Below are positions 48,498-57,865 of a stretch of 64,000 nt of DNA, piece by piece. Position 1 is the first letter of the stretch. Each line of letters starts with the position of its first letter. The notes beneath the pieces were generated by a model that had not been told where the DNA came from, ran no database searches, and saw only the letters and a program-made list of their open reading frames with translations. A program made the position numbers and the translations under genes. Location of the stretch: contig JBBRNJ010000031.1 in NCBI GenBank assembly GCA_038230375.1, positions 1 through 64,000 on the forward strand, in the 5' to 3' direction. The DNA comes from Polyangiales bacterium (GTDB lineage: Bacteria; Myxococcota_A; Polyangia; Polyangiales; Polyangiaceae).

Positions 48498-50375
48498 GTG
48501 AAAAATTTCGTCGTCGTCCAGGCCGCCATCGCCGTGGGTATCGCGGCTGCGCTCGGCACCAGCATTCCTCTCGCTCGCGGTGATGCGCGGTCTCAGACCA
48601 TCGCTGCTTCCGAGATCAAGGAGGGCATGAAGGGCTACGGCCTCACCGTGTTCAAGGGCACCGAGCCCGAGCGGTTCGACGTGGAGGTCGTGGGCGTCCT
48701 CAAGAACTTCCGGCCCGCGCAGGAGCTCATTCTCGTGAAGACACCGCACCCGCGGCTCAACATCACGAAGAACGTCCGCGGCATGAGCGGTAGCCCGATC
48801 TACTTCGATGGGCGGCTCGCCGGCGCGTACGCATACTCGTGGGCCATGTTCCAGACGGAGCCCGTCGCTGGGGTCACGCCCATCGCGCCGATGCTCGCAG
48901 AGCTGCACCGCCCCATTCCGCCGGGCTTCTGGCCGCTCGAGGGTCAGGGCGTGCTGCCGTCTGCGCCCGCAAGCGCGGTTCGCCCCCAGAAGCAGGCCAC
49001 GCTCACGCCCACGTCGTGGGACGGCGCGCCCGGCGAGTACGATCTGGAAGCGCATGCGAAGAAGCTCGCGAGCCGCTTCTCTCCGCCCGATCCGGCGCGG
49101 CCGCTCGTGCCCTCGGCCACGCCCGTCATGATGGGCGGCGTCGGTGATCGCACCGCCGACTACGTGCGCAAGCTCTTCGAGCCGCTCGGCCTGGACCCGA
49201 TGCAAGGCGGTGGTGGTGGCGGCGGCGCGCAAGATCCGAACGCACCCATGCACTTCGTCGACGGCGGCTCGCTCGGCGTTTCGTACGCCAGCGGCGACGT
49301 CTCGTTCTTCGGGCTGGGCACCGTCACCCACGTCGAGGGCACGCGGGCGTGCGGCTTTGGCCACCCCATGATGGAGGCCGGAAACATGGCCTTCCCCACG
49401 GCCATCTCTCGCGTGCTCTGGATCTTCGCGAGCGATCAGCACTCGTCCAAGATCGGCGAGGCGATCCGCCCGCTCGGCGCGCTCGTGCAAGATCGCCAGA
49501 GCGCCGTTGTCCTGGACGAGACCAAGACCGCGCCCACATTCCCCGTTCACGTGGAGATCAAGGGCGTCGTCGGCGCACCCAAGCTCGTGTGGGACGCAAA
49601 CATCGCAGAGGACAAGTTCATGGCGCCGGGCATCGCGGCCAGCGTGATGGGCTCCGCGATCGAGGCGACCACCAGCGAACGTCGCGATTGCACGTGGAAG
49701 CTCGTCTCCAAGCTCAAGGTGCGTGGCCACGGTGAGATCGTCCTCGAGGATTTCGGCATCGCGGTCGGAGGCATGCTGGACGCGGGTGAGCTCGGCGGCT
49801 CGCGCATCATCCGCGCGCTTGGTGACGTGATCAACAACCCGTGGGAGGACGTGAAGATCGAAGGCATCTCCAGCGTGCTCACGGTCGACTACACGCGCGA
49901 GGTGTTTCGCCTGCGCGGCGTGGAGCTGCTCGATGCCGTGGTGGACGCCGGCCAGGACGCGCGCGTGCGGGTGAAGCTCTTCCCGCTACACGGACCCGAG
50001 ACCTCGCGGATCCTCCAGTTCAAGGTGCCCGAGGAGCTCGCCGGCAAGGACGTGGAGGTGGAGATCCTCCCCGGCTACTCGATCGCGCCGGACGTGGCTT
50101 CACCCGAGAGCCTGAACGAGCTGCTCGCGAACGAGACGCGCGCCACGCTCGCGCCGCGGACGCTGGTCACGCAGATCAAGACGGCGCAGGGCGTGGTCTT
50201 CCACGGACACATCGCGCAGCACCTGCCTTCGTTCGCGATGGATGCGCTTCGCGCGACCGGTACCAATACGGGGCCGGATGCGATCACGAGCTACGCGCGC
50301 GCGGTCTTCCCCGTGGACCGCTACGTGGACGGTCACGACAAGGTGAAGATCAAAGTCCGCCACGTCCTGCGCTGA
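48498..50375 (+). CDS. SpoIVB-type peptidase S55 domain protein
   Basis: GMKGYGLTVF.G, GMSGSPIY, GTVT…FGHP, QDR; signal peptide. Confidence 0.88.
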   Translation: MKNFVVVQAAIAVGIAAALGTSIPLARGDARSQTIAASEIKEGMKGYGLTVFKGTEPERFDVEVVGVLKNFRPAQELILVKTPHPRLNITKNVRGMSGSPIYFDGRLAGAYAYSWAMFQTEPVAGVTPIAPMLAELHRPIPPGFWPLEGQGVLPSAPASAVRPQKQATLTPTSWDGAPGEYDLEAHAKKLASRFSPPDPARPLVPSATPVMMGGVGDRTADYVRKLFEPLGLDPMQGGGGGGGAQDPNAPMHFVDGGSLGVSYASGDVSFFGLGTVTHVEGTRACGFGHPMMEAGNMAFPTAISRVLWIFASDQHSSKIGEAIRPLGALVQDRQSAVVLDETKTAPTFPVHVEIKGVVGAPKLVWDANIAEDKFMAPGIAASVMGSAIEATTSERRDCTWKLVSKLKVRGHGEIVLEDFGIAVGGMLDAGELGGSRIIRALGDVINNPWEDVKIEGISSVLTVDYTREVFRLRGVELLDAVVDAGQDARVRVKLFPLHGPETSRILQFKVPEELAGKDVEVEILPGYSIAPDVASPESLNELLANETRATLAPRTLVTQIKTAQGVVFHGHIAQHLPSFAMDALRATGTNTGPDAITSYARAVFPVDRYVDGHDKVKIKVRHVLR

Positions 50376-50404
50376 AACAGCGTCGGATCGAGGCGGCGCT
50401 TTTT

Positions 50405-50956
50405 CTACTCGATGGTGTGGCAGCCCTTGCAGCCGAAGCCCGTGTTCGTCTTCATGTCGTAAGGCTTCTCGCCGAGCGCCTCGGCCATGGTCGGCTCGAC
50501 GACCTCGTGCATCCACTTCACCATCTCCGGCTTCGCGGCCTGGAGCTTGGCGAATCCGTCGCCCGACATCTTGAGGTGCGGGAGGAACTTGTGCGGGTCC
50601 TGGTAGCTCGGACCGTGGCAGTTCTTGCACGTGAAGGCGCCGTTGCCGTACTTCGTGGCATCGTGATCCGCGAAGGCCTTGCCAAGGCGCGGGAGGACGA
50701 CCGTCTTCATGCGCTCGGCCTTCTGCTCCTTCGTGGTCAGAGAGTCGAACGGCGCCAGCGGTGTGCCGGGAGCCGGGGGAGTGGTCGCTGCGGTCGTTGG
50801 GGCTGCGGTCGGAGCGGCCGTCATCGCGCTGGAAGGAGCAGCGGAGGGCGTGGGCCCGGTGCCACCTTGCGGGGTGGTCGGTGCGGGCTCGTTGCCGCCG
50901 CAAGCCATGAACAGAGCAAGGGGCAGCGCGAAGAGAGAGGCTGTCAGGGTTCGCAT
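50405..50956 (-). CDS. Diheme c-type cytochrome lipoprotein
   Basis: Lipobox FMAC; CKNCH and CKGCH. Confidence 0.85.
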   Translation of the reverse strand: MRTLTASLFALPLALFMACGGNEPAPTTPQGGTGPTPSAAPSSAMTAAPTAAPTTAATTPPAPGTPLAPFDSLTTKEQKAERMKTVVLPRLGKAFADHDATKYGNGAFTCKNCHGPSYQDPHKFLPHLKMSGDGFAKLQAAKPEMVKWMHEVVEPTMAEALGEKPYDMKTNTGFGCKGCHTIE

Positions 50957-51110
50957 GGCCGAGTGTCATAGCAGGAACCGGACGAATCTGCAAAACCTGA
51001 GGATGAAACAGTCTGGTGCCGCCGGCTGACCCATACGCGAGGGGGGACGATTTCAGGGCCTCAGGCCCGTCAACGTTGCGAATCCAGAGCCGCTCACCGA
51101 TGATCAGGAG

Positions 51111-53246
51111 GTGACACCCCCGACCGAGAAGAGAGGCGCAAGGCTTGCCGCGGCGGCTTTCGGGGTCATCGTGCTCGTGCTCGCGCTCCTCGCGTGGGTC
51201 ATGCGCCCTGCGAGCGGCGGCTCGGATCTGGCTCAATTTGTCGGGCGGTTCCACACGCTCGCGCTGCATCTACCCATCGGGGCGCTCGTGCTGCTCGCGC
51301 TCGCGGAGGCTCTCACGTTCGTGCCGCGGCTCCGCGCGAGAGCGTTGCCGGTGGCGGACGTGGTGCTGCCGTTCCTCGCGGCGACCTCAGCCGTTTCATT
51401 CACGCTGGGCGTGCTGCTCGCGAGCGGCGGCGGCTATCCGTCGCGTCTGCTCGTGCTTCACCGCACCCTCACGCTGATCGGCCTGACGTTCATCGCGGCG
51501 TGTGCGCTCTTTCATGCGCGAGAGAAGAGGAATGCGTATCGCGTGGCGCTGTTCCTTGCGCTCAACACGATCTCCATCGGCGCGCACTTCGGCGGCTCCA
51601 TGACCCATGGTGATGGGTACCTGGTGAAGCTTGCGCCCGAGCCGATCCGCCGGCTCGCGGGCGTGGAGGCAAGGCCGGCACCGAAGGCGCCGGAGCCTCC
51701 TACGACGAACGGAGATCCGCTCGTGTTCGCGGACATCATCCAGCCGCTCCTCAAGCAGAGGTGCGCGGAGTGCCACGGCGACAGCAAGGTGAAGGCCGGA
51801 CTGCGGCTCGACTCGTACGCGGCGATCATGAAGGGCGGAGAGCATCCACCCACCGTCAATCCGGGCCACGGTGCGCAGAGCGAGATCGTCCTGCGCATGA
51901 AGCTGCCGCTGGACCACGACGATCACATGCCGCCCGACAACAAGCCGGGGCTGACGGCGACGGAGATCGAGCTCGTGCGGTTCTGGATCGATCGCGGCGC
52001 CACCGAGACAATGCACGCGAGCGAGGGCATCGTGCCTGACGACGTCTCGCATCTCCTGCGCGATCGTGCGGGCGGTGTGATGCAGCAAGAACCGGTGCCG
52101 GCAAACACGACGGCCGCAAGGAAACCCGAGCCCGCGAAGACCGAGCCTGCCAAGACCGAGACGAGCAACGCGGAGGCAACACCAGCGCAACCAAGCGAGC
52201 CAGGCGACCGTGCGGAGCGGCTCGCGTTCCGGGACGACGTCGCGCCCATGCTGCGGGCGCGCTGCAGCTCGTGCCACGGAGCCACCAAGAGCAAGGGCGC
52301 TCTGCGCGTGGACTCCTTCGCAGCCGTGTCGTCGGGCGGAAAGGCGCACGGCGGCGCGCCGTCGCTGCTCGCGCGCACCCTGCTTCCGACGACCGATGGG
52401 AAGCACATGCCGCCGCCCGACGAGCCGCAGCCGACAGCGAAGGAGCTGGCGCTGCTGGGGTACTGGGTGAATCACGGGGCGAGCGAGACCATGAAGGAGT
52501 CGGAGCTGCCAGCGGGCATGAGGGGGTACAAGCCGACAGCGACATCGACAGCGACGACGACCTCGACCTCGACCTCGACCTCGACCTCGACCTCGACCCC
52601 GACCTCGACCTCGACCTCGACCTCGACCTCGACCTCCGACCCTTCCCTTTCCCCGTCCGACACCGTCGACCTCTGGGGTGATGTCGTGAAGCTCGTGCTC
52701 GAGCGTCGCTGCGGCGCTTGTCATGCGGGGCCCGATGCGGAGGGTGGTCTTCGCGTCGCGGACGTTGCTCGCATGATCTCCGAGAAGGACGTCGTTCCTG
52801 GAAAGCCAGAGGAGAGCCCGCTGGTGACGCGGTTGATGAAGCCTCTCGCGGATGATTCGCATATGCCGCCTCCGAACAAGCCTCAGCCGACCGCCGACGA
52901 GATCGCGATGGTCAAGGCGTGGGTCGCAGATGGCGCGAAGACCAGCGCTCCATTCGCGAAGAGCCGCGTGCCGGCGTCGGTGCTCGCTGCGCCCACGGAG
53001 CCTCCGTCTCCACCACCCGCGAGCAACAGCGCGCACGCGGGTGAGCCGCAGTCCGCCGTGGCAGCCTTGAAGGTGCCACCTGGCAGTGGCGGGTGCGGCG
53101 CATGTACGATCGGCGTGGGAACCGGCGAGCGCGCGAGAGATGGCGACGACGCGCAGGATCTGCGCGGGCTGTGGCTCTTCGTGCTGGGCCTTGGGTTCGT
53201 GGTACTAAGGCGTCATGGCGGCGCCGCAAACCGTCTTCCAGAGTGA
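51111..53246 (+). CDS. Membrane protein with three planctomycete-type cytochrome c domains and MYXO-CTERM-like tail
   Basis: N-terminal GRFH…HLPIG…H…HFGGSMTHG TM domain (DUF2231-like); CAECH, CSSCH and CGACH, each with HMPP and W..GA; GGCGAC + TM + RR. Confidence 0.85.
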   Translation: MTPPTEKRGARLAAAAFGVIVLVLALLAWVMRPASGGSDLAQFVGRFHTLALHLPIGALVLLALAEALTFVPRLRARALPVADVVLPFLAATSAVSFTLGVLLASGGGYPSRLLVLHRTLTLIGLTFIAACALFHAREKRNAYRVALFLALNTISIGAHFGGSMTHGDGYLVKLAPEPIRRLAGVEARPAPKAPEPPTTNGDPLVFADIIQPLLKQRCAECHGDSKVKAGLRLDSYAAIMKGGEHPPTVNPGHGAQSEIVLRMKLPLDHDDHMPPDNKPGLTATEIELVRFWIDRGATETMHASEGIVPDDVSHLLRDRAGGVMQQEPVPANTTAARKPEPAKTEPAKTETSNAEATPAQPSEPGDRAERLAFRDDVAPMLRARCSSCHGATKSKGALRVDSFAAVSSGGKAHGGAPSLLARTLLPTTDGKHMPPPDEPQPTAKELALLGYWVNHGASETMKESELPAGMRGYKPTATSTATTTSTSTSTSTSTSTPTSTSTSTSTSTSDPSLSPSDTVDLWGDVVKLVLERRCGACHAGPDAEGGLRVADVARMISEKDVVPGKPEESPLVTRLMKPLADDSHMPPPNKPQPTADEIAMVKAWVADGAKTSAPFAKSRVPASVLAAPTEPPSPPPASNSAHAGEPQSAVAALKVPPGSGGCGACTIGVGTGERARDGDDAQDLRGLWLFVLGLGFVVLRRHGGAANRLPE
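52558..52636 (+). repeat. (ACCTCG)n repeat inside CDS encoding a Thr-Ser linker
   Basis: Encodes TSTSTSTS… between the second and third heme domains. Confidence 0.95.
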
Positions 53247-54729
53247 GTACCTGACCTCCGAGAGCGTCGGCGTTGGTGTCGCGCTCGTCCTCCTGTTGGC
53301 GGCACGCGCGCTTCTTCGCAAGGAGGCGCAGCGCTCTGCGCGCGCACCGGCCGTTTTCCTGGCGCTTCATCTCATGGCGCAGCTGCTCCTGCGCGTGCTC
53401 CCCGAGCACGAGCCGTCTGCGCGCGCGGCGACGCTCGTGTCCGTGGTGCTGCTCTTCGCGTCGATCGGCCGAAGCGGCGTGCTGCTCTCGCTGGACGTGG
53501 TCATGGGCTCGCGCCTGGCGCGCCCGGTGCCGCGCATCTTCCGCGACATCATACAAGGTGTAGTCTACATCGTTCTGTTCCTGGTCGCGCTGCGCACCGC
53601 GGGCGTGGAGCCGGGCTCCATCCTCACGACGTCCGCGCTGCTCACCGCGGCGGTCGCGCTGTCGCTGCAGGAGACTCTCGGCAACCTGATCGCGGGCCTG
53701 GCGATCCAGGCGCAGCGCCCGTTCGACGTGGACGACTGGATCCAGTTCGATGCCGAGCCGAAGCACATCGGCAAGGTGCTCGAGATCAACTGGCGCGCAA
53801 CGAAGTTGATCACCCTGGACGAAGTAGAGATCGTCGTGCCCAACGCGACGCTCGCGAAGGCGCCCATCACGAATTTCACGAAGCCCACGAGCGCCTCGCG
53901 CCGCTCGCTCTACGTGCAGGTGCCAGCGGACGTGCCACCGCACGCGGTGCGCAGCGCCGTCATCCTGGGGCTTCCTGGCGCGCCAGGCGTGCTCACCAGC
54001 CCCCCGCCCACAGTGGTGATGAACGCGTTCGTCGACGGCAACATCGAGTACTGGATCCGCTTCTTCACGGCCGACTTCCACCTGCGCGACGGCGTCGACA
54101 GCGCTGCGCGGGAGCGCATCTGGTACTCGTTCGCGCGCGCCAACATCCCCATCGCCTCGCCGGGTCGCGCCGTCAAGATGGAGGAGGTCTCCATGGACAC
54201 CCGCGCGCGCGACGAGGGGCTGCAGACGAAGGCCCGCTCCGAGGCGCTCGGCAGAGTGGACTTCTTGCGCGTGCTCTCCGCGGAGCAACGCCATCGCCTC
54301 GCAGAGGCAAGCCGCATCCACGTCTACGGCGCAGGTGAGCGCATCGTCATCGAGGGCCAGTCCACGACCGAGATGTTCATCGTGAAGCGCGGCACGGTCG
54401 CGATCTTGCGCGGCCAGGACGGCGCGCAGGTCCACGTGGCAACGCTCGGCCCCGGGGAGTTCTTCGGCGAGATGGCGCTGATGACCGGCGAGCTACGCAA
54501 TGCAACGGTGCGAGCAGAGATGCCGACGAAGCTCATCAGCGTCGACTACGAGGCGATCAAGGGCGTGCTCGAGGAGGCGCCCGAGCTGGCCGCGCTGATC
54601 AGCCGTGTCATCAGCGAGCGCCAGGCCGCACACGCGGCGAAATCGATCGGGAAGTTGGAAGCAGCGCAGGTGGTGGAGGAACACAGCACGCAGCTACTGG
54701 GGAGAATCAAGAAGTTCTTCGCCTTGTGA
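53215..54729 (+). CDS. MscS-family mechanosensitive channel with cyclic-nucleotide-binding domain
   Basis: SLQETLGNLIAG…PF.VDDWI…INWRAT…VPN; C-terminal GEFFGEMALMTGELRNATV. Confidence 0.92.
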   Translation: MAAPQTVFQSEYLTSESVGVGVALVLLLAARALLRKEAQRSARAPAVFLALHLMAQLLLRVLPEHEPSARAATLVSVVLLFASIGRSGVLLSLDVVMGSRLARPVPRIFRDIIQGVVYIVLFLVALRTAGVEPGSILTTSALLTAAVALSLQETLGNLIAGLAIQAQRPFDVDDWIQFDAEPKHIGKVLEINWRATKLITLDEVEIVVPNATLAKAPITNFTKPTSASRRSLYVQVPADVPPHAVRSAVILGLPGAPGVLTSPPPTVVMNAFVDGNIEYWIRFFTADFHLRDGVDSAARERIWYSFARANIPIASPGRAVKMEEVSMDTRARDEGLQTKARSEALGRVDFLRVLSAEQRHRLAEASRIHVYGAGERIVIEGQSTTEMFIVKRGTVAILRGQDGAQVHVATLGPGEFFGEMALMTGELRNATVRAEMPTKLISVDYEAIKGVLEEAPELAALISRVISERQAAHAAKSIGKLEAAQVVEEHSTQLLGRIKKFFAL

Positions 54730-54785
54730 GTCGCATCTGAGCGTACGCTTCTCGAACGACCGGTGTCGTGAGAGGGAGTGGCGAC

Positions 54786-55634
54786 ATGAGAGCTGGCCTG
54801 CTGTTCGGGGTGATGAGCGTCGTGCTGCTTGGCTCGGCTTCTGCGCAAGCACACTTCAAGCTCGAGCAGCCAGCCGACTGGCTCCAGACCGATGCGAACG
54901 GCGATCCGCTCGGCGCGACGGGGACGCAGAAGATGAACCCCTGCGGCGGAGGCGATCCGTCCGGCCTCATCACCGAGGTCAACGCGGGCGCGACGATCCA
55001 CATCAAGCTGACGGAGACGGTTCCCCACGGTGGGCACTACCGCGTGGCGTTCGTACCCAAGTACACCCCCGTCAACATGGACATCCCCGAACCCAAGGTG
55101 ACCGGCACATGCGTCTCTGCGGCGGTCGAGAACCCCGTCGTGGCGCCTGTGCTCGCGGACGGTCTGTTCGATCACACGCAGGCGACCGCGACCGCCGGCA
55201 AGGTCTGGGAGACCGACGTGAAGCTCCCGAGCACCATCGGCCCGGGCACTCTCCAGATCATCGAGTTCATGACGCCCCATGGCGCGCCCTGCTTCTACCA
55301 CCACTGCGCGCAGCTCGAGCTCGTGGGACCGGACGCGGGGATCCCCGACGGCGGCTCCGTCGTGCTCGGTGACGCGGGCGCTGGAACGACCGCGGACGCA
55401 GGTGGGACCGGCGGCGGAGGCGGCGGCACGGGTGGCGGCACCGGAGGCGGCACGGGCGGCGGCACCGGCGGGGGCAATGGTGGTGGCGCGGATGGCGGCG
55501 GTTCGAACACCGCGGCGCCTACGGGCAACAGCGGTGGCTGCAGCGTTGGCGGAGGTCCCGTGTCGAGCCTCATGCCTCTCAGCATCTTCGGGCTCGCCGT
55601 CGCATCGATGTTCCGGCGGCGGCGCAAGGCCTGA
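54786..55634 (+). CDS. SCE4755-type polysaccharide monooxygenase-like protein with MYXO-CTERM
   Basis: His immediately after signal cleavage (AQA-H), QKMNPCG, H.GHYR, TLQIIEFM…YHHCA, GGCS + TM + RRRR. Confidence 0.8.
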   Translation: MRAGLLFGVMSVVLLGSASAQAHFKLEQPADWLQTDANGDPLGATGTQKMNPCGGGDPSGLITEVNAGATIHIKLTETVPHGGHYRVAFVPKYTPVNMDIPEPKVTGTCVSAAVENPVVAPVLADGLFDHTQATATAGKVWETDVKLPSTIGPGTLQIIEFMTPHGAPCFYHHCAQLELVGPDAGIPDGGSVVLGDAGAGTTADAGGTGGGGGGTGGGTGGGTGGGTGGGNGGGADGGGSNTAAPTGNSGGCSVGGGPVSSLMPLSIFGLAVASMFRRRRKA

Positions 55635-55660
55635 TCGAGCCTCGACGTTTCGTTTCCCGC

Positions 55661-56674
55661 CTACTTCATCATCATGCTGCATTCGCCCTTGTTGCCGTGC
55701 GTTCCTTGCGCGAGGCAGGCTCGGTAACAGCGGTTGGCGTTTCCTCGATCGCCCTGCTCCTGGTAGGCGGCGCCAAGGTAGAGCCAGGAGTCTGCATCGG
55801 TGGGGTCAAGGGCGACGGCGTGCTCACCTGCGGTGATGGCTTCCTTCAGGCGCCCTGACTCGAGCGCTCGCTTCGCGCGATCTCGCTCTTGCCTGGCCTC
55901 TTCTGGGTTGCTCGACAAGGACGCGGACGATGCATCGGTGGATGCCCCCGCGTCCTGCGTGCTCTGGTCGCTCGCGTCTTCGGTCGTGGTGAGCGCGAGC
56001 GCGCCGGCGTCGCTCGGTGTGGATGCGGAGGTGGTCGCCGCATCCTGGTCCGTGGCGACGATCGTGCTCGCGCTGGGTGATGCGCTGCTCGGCGTGGTGG
56101 ATGTGGGTGCGGTGGGCTCCGGTGCATTGGCGCTGGTCTGCGCCGCGCTCACGGACGGAGGCGGCGGCGGCGGCTCTTCGGTGCGCGTCGCGTGGCGCAC
56201 GGCAGCGATCGCCGTGAGCGCGAGGCATCCACCCACGAACCACGTAACGACGCGCACGTTCTTCTTGCGGCGCTCCTTGGCTTCGGCGGAGAAGACGCGG
56301 AGCTGGGGCTCGTCCAGGTCGTCGTCCATGCCCATGCCATGCGGCATACGCGGCGGCGGGGGCGCGAAGAACTCCGCGTGGTGCAGACCGCTGTCCTCGC
56401 GTTGCTCACCGGACTTGGTGCTCAGGCTGGGTGTGCTCTTCGGGAACAACCCCTTCCCCGAGCCGGGCGCCTTCGGGATGCTGTCAGTCTTGACGGCGAC
56501 GCTCGGAGGCGGCGTGCTCGCACGCTGGCTCTTCACCGAGCTGACCGAGCTGATGGATGTGGTGCTCGGCGGAGGCGTGGACGGAAGGGTCTTCGAGCTC
56601 GAGAGCGCTGGCGGCGCAGAGCGACGAGCCTCTTCCTTCTTCTTCGGCTGCGAACGTGATTTGTTCTTCTTCAC
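55661..56674 (-). CDS. Membrane-anchored TPR protein
   Basis: Disordered N-terminus, one TM, Ser/Thr linker, C-terminal TPR (AVALDPTDADSWLYLGAAYQEQG). Confidence 0.8.
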   Translation of the reverse strand: MKKNKSRSQPKKKEEARRSAPPALSSSKTLPSTPPPSTTSISSVSSVKSQRASTPPPSVAVKTDSIPKAPGSGKGLFPKSTPSLSTKSGEQREDSGLHHAEFFAPPPPRMPHGMGMDDDLDEPQLRVFSAEAKERRKKNVRVVTWFVGGCLALTAIAAVRHATRTEEPPPPPPSVSAAQTSANAPEPTAPTSTTPSSASPSASTIVATDQDAATTSASTPSDAGALALTTTEDASDQSTQDAGASTDASSASLSSNPEEARQERDRAKRALESGRLKEAITAGEHAVALDPTDADSWLYLGAAYQEQGDRGNANRCYRACLAQGTHGNKGECSMMMK

Positions 56675-56736
56675 GGGGCGGCAGTGCTCATTACCATAGC
56701 CTCAAGGTCCCTGCGCAGCTGCCGTTCACCGGGGAG

Positions 56737-56949
56737 ATGAGCATCTCTTCCATGGGCTCCGCTACGGCTGGGATGGCCGCTGCGATGACGCGCCTGAATG
56801 ATGTTGCCTCGCAGGCCGCGTCGGGAGACGTGGACATGGCATCGCAGGCCGTGGGCCTTGCACGGGCGAAGACGCAGCTGCGTGCAAGCGCCGCAGTTCT
56901 GCGCGCAACGAACGAGATGATGGGCACGCTGCTCGACGTGGTCGGTTGA
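56737..56949 (+). CDS. Small flagellar rod/hook terminal-domain-like protein (70 aa)
   Basis: GGGGAG RBS; A.AGM.AA..RL…A and VD.A…ASA.VLR…EM.GTLLDV. Confidence 0.7.
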   Translation: MSISSMGSATAGMAAAMTRLNDVASQAASGDVDMASQAVGLARAKTQLRASAAVLRATNEMMGTLLDVVG

Positions 56950-56952
56950 GAG

Positions 56953-57834
56953 TCAGCGAACCACGAGCACGGAGCAGTGCGAGTGACGGACCACCGCCTC
57001 TGCGACGCTTCCGAGCAGAAGACGCGTGAGCCCCGTGCGGCTGCGGCTGCCGAGGATCACGAGGTCCGCCTGGAGCGCCTCTGCACGCGCGAGGATCTGG
57101 TCCGACGGTTTGCCGTCTGCCTGCTCGCCCGAGGTGAAACCGTACTGCTTCACCAGACCGTCGAGCGTGGTCTTGCCGAGGTTCGCGAGCTCGGCCATGG
57201 CCTGCGTTGACGGTGGCGCCCACACGCCACCGAGCGGGCCCGAGGCGGCGGCGAGCGCGACAGAGGGGAGCTCCACCACGTGGAGGAGCGTCACGTCGTA
57301 GCCGCCCTTCGCCATGCGTCCGCCGATCTCGATCGCGCGCGTTGCTTCCTCGGCGAAGTCCGTGGCGACGAGGACATGCTTACCCTTGGTCTCTGGACGC
57401 GCGATGAGCACCGACGCCTTCGCATAACGGACGACGCGCTCCGCCACGTGCCCGAGGTACTTGTCGATTCCTTCGCGAACCTTTGCGCCCACGACGATCA
57501 GCGAGACGTCGTGCGCCTCTGCCGCGCGGACAATCTCGTCCTCGGCATCGCCGGTCTCGATCTGGACGGTGAACGCGTCCGGGGAAAGATTCAGCACGTT
57601 GCGCACTTGCTCGGTGGCGAGATCTGCGGCGCGCGTCGTGAGGTCCAGGGCCGCGACGCCTTCACTGCCGCCGGGCGTGGGGAGCAGCGGGTGATTGCGG
57701 AGGACGTCCGGGATCACATGCACCACGAGCAACTGCGCGCCGTTGAGGCGGGCCTGCGCCAGCGCGCGGCTCAGCGCGGGCTCCGATGCGGGGGTCAAAT
57801 CGGTCGCGACGAGGATGGGGTTGGGGGCGCTCAC
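56953..57834 (-). CDS. Universal stress protein (tandem USP domains)
   Basis: ILVATD…LIVVG…LGHVAERVVR; VLVATDF…DLVILGSR…LLGSVAEAVVRHSHCSVLVVR; GTG start. Confidence 0.92.
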   Translation of the reverse strand: MSAPNPILVATDLTPASEPALSRALAQARLNGAQLLVVHVIPDVLRNHPLLPTPGGSEGVAALDLTTRAADLATEQVRNVLNLSPDAFTVQIETGDAEDEIVRAAEAHDVSLIVVGAKVREGIDKYLGHVAERVVRYAKASVLIARPETKGKHVLVATDFAEEATRAIEIGGRMAKGGYDVTLLHVVELPSVALAAASGPLGGVWAPPSTQAMAELANLGKTTLDGLVKQYGFTSGEQADGKPSDQILARAEALQADLVILGSRSRTGLTRLLLGSVAEAVVRHSHCSVLVVR

Positions 57835-57865
57835 AGGCTGGGACCTTATCTGATATCGTGTCTTC

